In this document: positions 41,151 through 53,775 of the stretch, piece after piece
Numbering within the stretch: the stretch's first letter is position 1
Layout of the letters: each line of letters begins with the position of its first letter
Origin: Sminthopsis crassicaudata
Lineage: Eukaryota
Assembly: GCF_048593235.1 (NCBI RefSeq)
Contig: NC_133619.1
Location: 448,659,644 to 448,723,643 of the forward strand
Reading direction: 5' to 3'
DNA: 64,000 nt
Position numbers and translations under genes: made by a program
The notes under the pieces: generated by a model
Databases searched by the model: none
The model's input: the letters and a program-made list of their open reading frames with translations, nothing else
What the model was told of the DNA's origin: nothing

Positions 41151-44100
41151 CCTAGACCTGTGTTAATATAGCCTAAAATATTAGTTTTTTTGGCTTCCAT
41201 GTCATACTATTGATTCAGACTGAGCTGTTTACTCCTTCTTAGTCCACTAAAACCCTTTGCTCTTTTTCACGTGAATTGTCTAGTCATTTGTTTTGTCATT
41301 TATGAAAATCCCATTCAGTTCTAGTTTTCACCTTCTCCTCATATGACTCTGATTTCTACATCTCTAGAAATTCATATGAAGACAACTTATCCACAGGCAA
41401 AGATGACAGTTGGAATGACAAATGTTTATGACCTAACACTCTAGGGAATTGTCAAGTATCTTCAATTTATTGTGCCTAAAAAAAGGCTAATGTGGATGAA
41501 AGTGTATGTATCTGTGTACAAGATGAATATCATAAGCATATGTTTCGTCTCTTGGCTTTTTTTGTGCTCATATCTCCTGCTCTCCAAAACGCTGAGGGAG
41601 TGTGCTTTGCACAGTTTTCAGGTTTCAGCAATGCCAGATAAAAAACCTTAAAAGCTTTATTTGCCTATCACCTCCATTGCTTCCTAACCTGAAAATAAGT
41701 TCAAAGAAGATCACTGGGGGAAGGCATATTTGAAAACTCTGATGGTGAGACTTGGCTTCAGTAGCTTTCTTCCTGTATTTAGGGTCAGAATGACCACAGG
41801 TGGTACAGAAAGCTATTTGCTTATCTCTGGTCTAACTGCCTGGGGCCAAAAGGGAAGCAGCTCTCCACCAACCACTGGCTGTACCGCATGTGACTATATT
41901 TAAAGTCAAGATATGCATAAACAAATCCAAAAGATCAGACTAAGGCCCTACTGGAAGTGTATGTGTAAAAACTGTTGTTTTATTTTTCTTTCTTTCTTTT
42001 TCTCTTTCTTTCTTTCTTTTTTGGCAAGACAAAGCACATAAGATTTAAGAGCAACGTCATTATTTAATCTAAAGACAATCCGTAATGGCTGAATCTTTTT
42101 TAAAATTTTATCTCCTAAACCATAACATAGTTCATCAAACTCAAACATTTAGTAGCTAATTGAAAATAAAGGAACTGTGAATACATTTCAATGGAAGCTC
42201 TGTATTTTTAAATTTCATCATTTAATTAGTTAAAAAGCGATAGGTATTTCATCATAAAAGGGAATTCCTACATATGACAATATATCAGTAGAATTAATTA
42301 TGATTGTGGTCCACTTTAGTGACAATTATGTTACTGTATATCTTGAATTAGTCTATTCTTCCAGATAGTACTTACATTTAACTTTCTAGATTATTCCATG
42401 TATTAGAATCTTGATGTTGAGAACATGGTTCTTTGTTCAGTATGCAGCTTCCACAGCATTGCATTGGGCTTCTGCTCGAGCTGAGCATGTTTTCCATGGC
42501 TGAATTAGGCCTTGAGAATGTTGCATCCTGAAAAAATCAAAAATTAAAATAACATGCTTTCTAATATATACATGTAGAGTGTAAGTTATCATTTCTTTAT
42601 AGGATCAGATTAAAGTTTACAAGGGTTAGGGTTTAAAAAAAGAGTTAAGTAAACAAGTTTGAATTTGTACTTTATTATGTTATTTTCAGTTTTCCTATTA
42701 CAATATGACTACTACCCGTTTCTCTTTTCCAAGTACTTCAGAAATTATATTTATTTCAGTTACTTGGTAAAGTCATTTCATCAGAGGAATCTGAGTTTCT
42801 CAGTACATGGCCTTATTTCAGTTTCATCATTCAGGAATGAGTTATCATGTTTATAAATCTCTGTACTGTATTTTGCTTTTAAATTAGATAAGCAATTATT
42901 TTGATAAAATTTTTACAACATGTGCCATAAAGAGGGCCTATCCTCTGTGAGAATGAGAATTTGATTATGGTTAAATGAATATATTTCTACCAAATTAAAC
43001 TTATTTTAAAGATTTTTGACTTTCATTTCTGCTTTTACTTTGAAAAATAGCAATAAGGACCCGCAGTGACTGGAAGATATTTGTGGAATACTTGAGGTAG
43101 TAGAGTCTAAAAAACTGATTTATCTTCATAATAAAATCAAAATTTTATAACATGAAAAATCATATAAATCAATGCTTTGGGAGATCATTGTTATATTAGG
43201 AGTAATTATTCTACCTCACCTATATGCCTGAAGGCATGGTTATAGAATACAGGGACTAAAAATTAATATTACAATGATATTTCTGGATAATATTAAAATA
43301 TAAATGCATCTAAGTTTCCAGTATAGAAGTTAGAGGCTGCCGATTATAACTTTTAAATGATCTCTGTTACAAATTCGTGGAAGAGAAATAGATAGAAATA
43401 ACCCAGAAAAATACAGAAAAGTAAGCCCCAACATGTAGCCTTGGTTTGGTGCTCCAGAGTCATAAATGCTTTTATCCTCTAATTCAATAGCAACACCTCT
43501 ATGCCTGTTTCATTCCTTAAGCTGCTTTGGAGAGCTTAAAAAACTGCATAAGTTGTATATCTCATAGGCTACAGGATAATAACAAGCCCTTACTTATAAA
43601 TGGATTTATGCTCATTTGGAGCAGAGAATTATTGGAGTGGGGTGAAAATGGAGGCTTTTTTTCCTCTTGCATTCATTAAAACTAAAAAGGTATGTCACTT
43701 TGGAAACAGGAAGACAGAATTGAGCAAAATAAATACCATCCCTTTATAAACTTTTAATTAATCCCTTTTCAAATTCAGAAAATCAAATGCTTGTACTTCA
43801 TGCTAATTTATCAATGAGTCATATGACAGGTAACTGTAGAATAAAAAGCAGATCACCATGCAACTTCATTGAAATAAGTGATATATGGGGAGAATAAAGG
43901 ACAAATTTCAGAAGTCATACAGCTCTCATTTTATAGATGAGCTGAGAGAAATTAAATGATTTGACCAAAATCATACAAGTAATAGCAATCCAGGTTTGCA
44001 ATTTGGTCCCTATGGCTCTATGCTTAAATCTTTTCCCATTATATCACAATGTTTTTCTGAAGGCCTTTAAATGTATTTATATGACCACACTAATATTTCC

Positions 44101-46371
44101 CCATTTTAAAATCTGAAATTTGTTAATATTTCACAACACTAAAAATTTTAATCTTAGCAAAACTTTCTAAGTACTACTATATACAAAACATCCATTAATT
44201 AATTTCTACTACACTGTATAATAAAAATGTATATTTACATGGAGCTTTATATTAAGAATTTTCTAGTCATATACAAAAAAAGTTAAAGCCTTTGTGCAAT
44301 ATTATATAGTCAATAAGCAATTAGTAGTCTATTCTATTCTCCAATCTGTTGTAAACACTCTAGGAGATGCAAAAGAAGTAGGAAATATGGTCTTTACCTT
44401 TAAAAAGATTAATTATATCAGATAATTAAAAACTATGGAATGAGATAAAATAGCATGAATTTATTATAATAGCAACAAATGCAAAAGGATCCTAGAAGGA
44501 AAGTAAGGATAGGAAGGAATGGTTTCCATAAATTCCAAAAGTTTAACAGCATCAAAACATGGTTGGACAAAGCCTATGAGGAAAAACATCATTAATTATT
44601 CTCAAAAACACTTTTCCCAAGTGCACTGTAACTGCTGCCATACTTTCTTTCTATCAAGCACTTTCCTTATCTCTTAAAAAGAGATTATAGGAAACTTCTG
44701 CTTCTGCCATCCAGGCTGGGCAAATATACATTGATTAGTAGGCCAGAACCAACACCATTGTTGAAATTACTTTACTGTGTGTCATCTATTGAAGCTTGTT
44801 TCCATGCCCATCAACAGTAATGAATCTCATCTTCTCATTTCATGGTACTTCAATTAGTAAGCATTTCATAATAATGATCCAAGGTACCCAAAGTTTTTAA
44901 ATTATGTTCTATCTCAGCTTAATAATTAGATTATATTTCTTTGGATATGGCTACTGTTACCTAGCCAGAAGTACTTTCTGAAAGAATAGTCTACATATTT
45001 GGTCTAAAAATTGGTGATTTTGCTTAGCAGAGGGAGATTCTCAGTGTGGGTACTCCCTCCATCAATAATGATAAGAATCTCATCTGTAACTTAAAGTCAT
45101 AAAAGGGTTGGCTCAAGCATTAAGAGGTTTTGTAACTAGCCTGCCAATGATCTCTCATTTAATAAGTGTAGGAAGGAAGTCTTCATGACTTAAAGCCAAG
45201 CTAAAGATTCCCCATGTTACCCTATCTCCAATCTGTTTGCTACACATAATTTATATATAATCTGAAGTATGAAAGTGCATCTTCATTATAATTCTAATGA
45301 GCTATGCACATGGCATACATTATTCCCATTACTTAGGCTACATCTGGAAATTAATTCTGGAACTTTTTAAAACTATATTAATCCTCTTAGACCTTTTTAA
45401 TCCTACTGTAGGAGAATTTAGGATGATTAATACTTCTAGAATATATATATCTTCATTAATTAAAAACTTTACATTCCCAAATATCTGTTCTGCTTCATGT
45501 GTTTGCATCAATTTATATATGTTACCCTTTTTAATATGTTCAATAAAGTGATCTCAAAGCACCTAACAAACTCTGGTAACATTAAATGTTTGTTTATTTG
45601 TTTTTCTAGTCACATAGCACATTGCAATAATTTAAAGTAGGTGTTCCTAATCTGATTACATGATGAACTCAGAATGTTATCCTGATTAGATTCGGCATAA
45701 TTTTTTGAAACTTCCTCATGTGATGAAATGTCAATTTCATTCAAAATTCTATGGTAATTATTCAGCTCTTCAAAATAAAATTTATGAGCTATCTTAAAAT
45801 AAAAGGAAAAATAAGGGAGCCTCTGAAAGAAATAGCTCAAAGTTGAAATATAATAATGATGACTAATATGAACAGGCTTTTTCCTTTCTAAATTGTAGGG
45901 ACATGAAAAGTGCTTAGTAGCAACTGGTCATATTCCTTTTCACCAACTCTTTGCAATTTCAAAGGTAGAAATTGGCTTGATATGATACATATTTAATAAA
46001 TGGAATCAGTAATGGTAGTAGTATGCCAAATTCTTATAAGACTGCACTTGATTTGGTCTTTCTAACCGAACATTTTTATGTAAATTCACAATAGAGCCTA
46101 ATACAAGTAAAGTTTTAGAAAATAATTGGTACTTCTTTTTCATATTGCCCAGTTTCAAAGAGATCATCTTTAATTTTTCATGTCATATATGGATCAGGTC
46201 AGTAGCCACATTATTAGGAATTTAGTTAACTTAAAGTTCATTGTAATATTTATTGGTTATCCTAATAAATATTTGTAGACCACCATTATAATTTATCTAA
46301 GAATATGACAAGATTTTTCCAGATACACTAAACAAAAAGAAAAACCTTTGCTTATGGGACTTTGTTTTCAG

Positions 46372-46492
46372 AAATTAAATGCATCCAGTTCATCTGAAGG
46401 CAGCACAGTTGATGTTGCCCCTCCCAGAGAAGGTGAACAAGCAGAAATTGAGCCAGAAGAAGACCTTGAACCAGAAGCCTGTTTTACTGAAG
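46372..46492 (+). CDS. SCN3A: Coding exon 17 (121 nt): [40 protein letters not shown]
   Basis: ttttcag acceptor, G|gtgagg donor; not in the ORF track. Confidence 0.96.
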
Positions 46493-47517
46493 GTGAGGCA
46501 TTTTATTTAATATAATCAATTATAGCTTTCTTCAGAAATAGTTCTAGAGAGAGACATATTTACAAGAAATATTTAGAGGAGATGAAGAAGGCACTTTTAT
46601 TGAAAGTGTCTTTTAATTAGAAGAATTCATATGTTCTTTTTCCAAGAAGTCTGTCTGGATATGCTACTTGAATAGTATGAAAGAGTACCCCAGAAGCCTA
46701 GTAGTAGTCATAAATTAAAGCATTTCGTTATTCAGAATTGATTCATTTATGAAGTACTTTCTATGCATAACAGTGGGGTAGGCTTTAAAAATAATGACAT
46801 TTTTTCTCCCTTCATGGATGTTTAAATATATGTGTATATGCACACACATACACAGGCATGTCAGCAGAGTGAAATCAGTACATGAATTAATAGATGCAAT
46901 ATTAGGAACATTGAACATAGAATAATTAAAGTGTAGAATAAAATAATCCAATAGGAAACACTGGAATTCAAAACTAGAAGGGTCATTGTCTTCTTTCTTT
47001 CACCTTTAGTGATTTTTCTTAATTTTGTGAGAAGCAGAAAATAATATGTATTATCTAGTTGGCTCTACTATTAAGACTTGAATAATGCAATTTGGTTTAT
47101 ATGTCCTATAGTAAATCACTTTTCTTCACTGCAATTAAGAAGTATTTTATATACTCTTTTTTGTTGATATGGATAAACATTTATTTTATTTGACATATAG
47201 GGAAAGAATCTGTGATTTTCTTAGTACAGGGAACTTTCAGGTGAGAAAATGTACTCTCTAATGAGAGTATGTTGGCTCCTAAATAATTTATATTTTAACA
47301 GAATTACCTATGAGCACTGAGAGGTTAAGTGATTTGCTTAGATTCACACAGACAAAGGTCAATGGTGAAGTTTGAACCCAGATCTTTTTGGCTTCTAGTT
47401 CAAGTCTACATCTACTATTCACTGCAAATAATTTATAACATAATTTATAATGGGCCAGAAGTCTGACAGGAACAAAAATAATCATGTTAATAGTAATACT
47501 TTTCACAGTGCACTTAA

Positions 47518-47589
47518 TAGGTATTTAAAATCTATTTATTAATTTGATTAAACAAGTAATCAAATTAATAAATAGATTTTAAATACCTA
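47518..47589. repeat. Perfect inverted repeat, 33-bp arms, 6-nt spacer
   Basis: taggtatttaaaatctatttattaatttgatta / aacaag / taatcaaattaataaatagattttaaataccta. Confidence 0.97.
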
Positions 47590-48841
47590 CTATATACATA
47601 TACATTCCTATGTCACTATCTATCTGTGATGTATATGATAAATGCTTATAGAGAAAGGACAATGAATGAACACGGGAAGCTGAGTCACAATTACACATCA
47701 GTGCAATCAAAGCAAAAAAAATATCTGAAAAGGAAGATGCTTAGGGAAGTTAATGGGCTATACACTTTGTAAGAAGAACCAATAAAGAAAGATTTCTGGG
47801 CACAGATATAAGAAAAAAAGGGAATAAATAACTTGGAGGAGCATCTTTGACATGAACATAAATTATCCAAGTAAATTAAGCATTTACTAATGTCGAGGCA
47901 CTGTGAGAAGTGCAGGAGACACAAAGAAATTTAAAAGGCAGTCCATTGTTTAAAGGAGCTTATAGTCTAATATATCAAAAGCTTGGCACTTAAGACAAAG
48001 AGTTTACTTAATTGGCCATAGAAGTAACATGTTTATACATGGGCAGAATTGGACCTTGTAACTACATGGTGTACTTCCACTGCTTCTGTGAACAGTATTA
48101 TATGATATATTAATATTATGTACACATATTACAAAAAGCAGCATGGTTCTCTAAAGATACTTGGCTGAAGATACAGGTTCAAATCTCTCCTCTGACACAT
48201 ACTAGTTAGTTGATTATCAATAAGTCACTTTATGCAGTTCTCAAGGAATAAGTGGCACAGAAAAAGCCAACCTTTTTTGGTAGAGAGATTGTCCTTACTG
48301 AAAGTTTGCAATACAAGGGAAATCATACATCTGGTCCAAAATAGTTTATAGCCTTGGATTCTTCACACTATAGTTCTAAAATGGCAAGCTAAGTATAAGA
48401 TGTAATGATAATGGAGGTTGAAACATATTGAAAAGTCAACAAACATCTATTAAGTACCTACTATGTGCCAAAAATGCCCTATCATTTAAATGGGAGCAGT
48501 GGGAAAGATCCACATTGAATATAAGCTTTCTATATTTTAAGGTTATCCCTGACTTTTCTCCTGTTGAGCTATGTAGTCCAACAAGGTTTGAAGTCCTTCT
48601 AGTTAAATAGTAATCTGTCACTGTTAAGCTATTGGCTTTTTATATAAATGCTTTTGGTAACAACAATCCCAAATAAGGTTTCTCGCAGTCACTCAAGTTA
48701 ATACCATTCTAAACATTCATTTCTGTGTATAAGCTGATATGCTCATATACAGATGTGTTATTAACTTCTTAAAAACAAAACCTAATAAGAACAAGAAGTT
48801 GTTCTTTTCTAATTTGTCATTCTCAAATAACATGGTTTCAG

Positions 48842-48996
48842 GCTGTATCAAGAAGTTCCCATTTTGTCAAGTAAGTACAGAAGAAGGAAAAGGAAAAATC
48901 TGGTGGAATCTTAGGAAAACCTGCTACAGCATTGTTGAGCACAACTGGTTTGAGACATTTATTGTCTTCATGATCTTACTCAGCAGTGGTGCCCTG
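48842..48996 (+). CDS. SCN3A: Coding exon 18 (155 nt), end of DII-DIII linker and DIII S1
   Basis: tttcag acceptor, CTG|gtaaga donor; [52 protein letters not shown]. Confidence 0.97.
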
Positions 48997-49754
48997 GTAA
49001 GAGAAACATGTCACTGTGAATAAATAGGTTTTGATTAAATTTATTTTTCTGCTAAAATTCTATCAATGTATCATGCATTTCAAAATCAAAGTGTACAGGA
49101 AACAACCATACCCTAAAGAGTTTGCCATTTAAGGGATGAAATAATGGAGAATTTAGCACAGAACAAATCAAACAAATCGGATGGCCAGATGGAATTTCTC
49201 ATATTGTGTTTATATAATAGAGGTTTAGACAAACTTCTTTTTCTCATTTTTTTTATGAGATAGCCCAGGAGAAGGTTACATTCAACATAAACTATCATTC
49301 TGACTTCTCCAAATAATCATGCTTATATCATATATCATAAATTCTGTTCAGTTTTTTAATGCTTGATAAATTTATTCTTTGTAGAACCCTCCCCCCAAAC
49401 CAGCTATGTTGGTCATTCATATCACCATAGAATGGTAGGTTTAGAAATGATCTGAGAGACCGCCTATAATAGCTCCATTATTAATAAGCAAATTTCCTAT
49501 TCTAACTATAAGTTCAATTCTCTTTACTTCGGTCACATTTTGTAAGGATAATATGAAATATAGTAACAGCTATATTAGAATTGAGTAAACAAAAGGGAGA
49601 GCAATTGGTGAAAAGACTGAAATTCCTCTGCTTATTTTTTCTGGTTCTTTATTATGTTATTCTGAATTATAAGATAGTTATCCAATATCTATGAGACTTC
49701 ATTTTGGGGATAACTGTATACCAAATAGTCTTGCATAATACATAGAGAATATAA

Positions 49755-49973
<219 letters not shown>

Positions 49974-52900
49974 TAAAAAAAAATTCTGTTTACAGAAAAA
50001 GTAATGGTTGATAGTAAATCAATATCTGCTGTACTATTCAGATAAAAATGTGGTACCAGTGCCTAGGGCCATTTGTAGCAATACATTTATACAACTATTT
50101 AAAAAAGTAAATTGCAGCAATTAGAAAAGAAGTGCTAGGGACATGGGAAGAATTGCAGAGTAGACAAAACAGATAATTCTACAATGAAACAACTACTGTT
50201 CGTATATTATGAGGGGACAACCATATAAGTTTGATGTCATGGGCTGAATAAGTAAAAACATTGAATACAACTAGATCTACATTTTTATTTCAGAAATGGT
50301 TCAGTCAACCAGCTAGTCACTAAGCATTTATCAATCATCTTCTCCATGATTGCATTTAACATTAATTTTGAGAGAAATAATGCATTGAGTTTGGGGAAGA
50401 AAAAGTAGAACATTCTAGGCATGGGGGACTACAATGGCAAATGATCTATTTTTAAGAAAGAATAGGGCCAGACTGTCTAGACCAAAGATTGCTGAAAGAG
50501 AATAATATGTAATCAGGGTAGAAATAGAGGTTGGAATCACATTCTGAAGGGCTTTAAATGCTAGAGAAGTGTCTAACTACTGAGGAAGAGTTTAAGATGG
50601 TAAAATCAGAAATAATTGCAGATCAGCAATGATGGAAATTTTATTTAAAAATTTTATTAGTCTGACTAAAGCATAAAAACAATAGAACAGAACTTTTATC
50701 TCATTCATCTATACAAATACATTCATTCACATACATACCTTTAGAAAACGTATATTATTTATTCCTTGCAAGTGAAAAGCCAGATATAGGGCTGTCAATA
50801 GGGCTGTCTTTTACAGATGCCTCTGGTTACTCCACAGTGAGGGTCACTGATATATTGCCAGGTATATAAGTTGCAGGGGGTAACAGAGTCTTCTGCTTTC
50901 TTCTTAAGGAAGAATTACTAACATGGGCATTTAGTTCTGTAATCTTCCATGTTTCCTTATGTAACATTTTAAAATATCCTATTTAAACCAGACATATCTA
51001 GCATTGTCTTCAAGGGTTAATAATTAATTACTTATGGTCACTTCATCATTGACTTAACATACACCAACATAAATCAAAGTTTGTAATATCTATATTAGAT
51101 GTAGATATCTTTATAGATGTAAAAATCTAAAGTTTGCAATATCTATATATAAAATATGTAGTATCTATATCTATTCCCTTTGTCATGGTATGTCATCTAT
51201 GGTCCTCTATTTCAAGAATGAATTTTCCTTAATATATGCATTTCTCACTGCTATGATCATAATATTTTACTTAATTAAAAAATCCCTCCTGTCCTCTAGC
51301 TCTCATCTAAATAAATGATTATGTTCTATTTTCAGGTCTGTTATACCATGTAATATGACTAAATATCAATATAGCAATAAAACAAAGACATTTCTAATGC
51401 ATTTTCCATATATGAAAGTTTATATCACAAAATCATAGACTATTCATAGATGGAAGAAATTTTATGGCTCATCTAGTCTAAACCCATCATTTCACAGATA
51501 AAGGAAAATGAGTCCCAGAAAAGTTAATAAATTCTTACAAGCTTGCATAGCAATAGGATGACTTGACTATATCCTAGATCTCCTCAGACTTGTGTTCTCT
51601 TTGCTCTTTTTCTTTTATAATATAATTGGAGAAACATTCCAAGACACAATCAAAAACATGCTATATTATCACAAAAGTTATATGGAAACAAAAGGGTTGT
51701 TCCCATTGCATAACTTTGTTCATGTCAACTAGAGTTTGGGAAATTGGAAGTTGTTTTTTTTTTCTTTAAATATATGTGGGAGATAAAACAATAACTAAGG
51801 GAGATTTTTTAAAAGATTCTATAGCCATTAGAAAGAATGAATGTTATAGCCCAGCAACCATACACAAGGGCCCAGTACTGAAAGTCAATAAAAAACACAT
51901 ATTGTCATACCAACAAGAGTCCAGGAGACATAGTCTTGACAACAGTGAGAAAAACATAGTAATTGGTCACTATCACTCAAGAAATTGACTAATGTTACAT
52001 TTCCTAGATAGGTTTCATTTTATTAGCTACATTAAACTAATTCCATTTATTGTATTGACTTATTAAAAGAGAATGCCTTCTGTATTTTCTCTTTTGGTGA
52101 AATGAATCCAAATTCTATTTTTAAAATAAGTTGCAATACCTGCCCATAGAAATAATTTGCTTTGGATAGAAAACTAATTTAAAGATAGGAAATCCAAAGC
52201 AGGGACACATGGTTATTTTCCTGTATGGAGAAAATAAAGAGTGTGATGATGTTATTCACATTTTTATAAACTATTTATATCTCCCAATATATAGGAAACA
52301 TTATGTTCTTTTGTAGAATGCCAACCTAATGACAATAAACTATAGGAAGATCTAGTGAGGCTTGTCGAATAATAGTTAATTACTATCCCTCCAAGAATAA
52401 TAGTAATTGACATGTATATTATACTTTAAAATCTGTCCAATATTTTATATATATTATCTCTTTTAAGCTTCTCCACAACTCTGAGAGGGAGGTGCTTTAT
52501 TGTCACCATTTTAGAGATGAATTAACTGAAATTCAATGAAGTCAAATGACTTACCCATAAAATCTGGTTCTAAAACAACCAGATCTAAATCTGCTCCTAA
52601 AATACCATGTTCATACAGTTGCGATATGTCAAAAGAAAGCATATCAGTGCTGGTAAAGATCCACTTCACAGATAAGGAGCACAAATAAAATGAGGGGGTG
52701 GATATGAGTACTCTCTATTAGGATGAGCTTTGGACCTGTAATTTCATTCATAGAGGAAACTTCAAAATGAGAGAGTAGGTGAGTACCTTTTCTGTACCTT
52801 ACCATGTTAAAGGTTGCCTACAGGACTAAAAGTCCAAGATCACACATTCAAGATGCCTCACATATGGGACTAGCTAGGCCAGGTCTTCTTGGCTCCAAAG

Positions 52901-53199
52901 CTAATATTTTATCTACTATAACTCACTGCCTCTTATTTGAAAATAGATTATGAATGGTAGGGCTGTTTAGAATTAGAAAACAAAACCTATAAAAGGAATA
53001 AAATTAAATCACCTTGTTAATCAAACTCTAAAATAAATTAAAACTGTTGACAACCTCTTTGAGTTAGAAAAAAAGTAAATTTAGAAAATCTAAAAGGAAC
53101 TACTGTTTTCATACAGTAGAAGAAAATATATTTAATTCATTCTAAATAGAGTTTTATCAGCCACAAACAAAAAGAATTCGAAGGAGATTTAAACAAATG

Positions 53200-53775
53200 A
53201 ATGGCTTGACCCTGCAGTGTCATTATTGGGTCTGTATCTCAAAGAAGTCAAAGGAGGGAAAAGGACCCCCCATGTGCAAAAATATTTGTAGAGGCTTTTT
53301 TTGTGGTAGCAAAGAATTGGAAAAGGAATGAATGCCCATCAATTGGGGAATGGCTGAACAAGCTGTGGTACATGAAAGTAATGTTATTTAAATGTTATTT
53401 AAAGTAATATTATTTTTCTATTAAAAATTATGAACAAGCTGATTGTAGAAATGCCTCGAAATTTTTACATACATTGATACTGAGAGAAACCTGGAATACA
53501 TTGTACACAATAATGGCGAGAGTGTACAATGATCAACTATTAAAGCTTTGGTTCTTTTCAGTGCTTCAGTTATCCAAAGCAATCGTAATAGATTTTGGAG
53601 AGAAAATGCCATCAGAAAAAGATCTGAGGAAACTGACTGTAAATCACATGTTATGTTCACTTCTTTTTTCTGTTTTTTAATCTCCCCCATGGTTTATCCT
53701 TTTTGTTCTGATTTTTCTTTCCCAACATGATTCATAAAACAATGTGTGTTAAAAATACTACAATAAAAAATAAAC
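53200..53775 (+). mobile_element. 5'-truncated L1: ORF2 C-terminal remnant plus 3' UTR
   Basis: tgaccctgcagtgtcattattgggtctgtatc...gtggtagcaaagaattggaaa...atgcccatcaattggggaatggctgaacaagctgtggtacatgaa; A-rich tail. Confidence 0.8.

Noticed and set aside
41783-41799. 17-nt AG..GT micro-exon
   Set aside because: Weak donor (gtggta), frameshifting, no upstream micro-exon enhancer evident.
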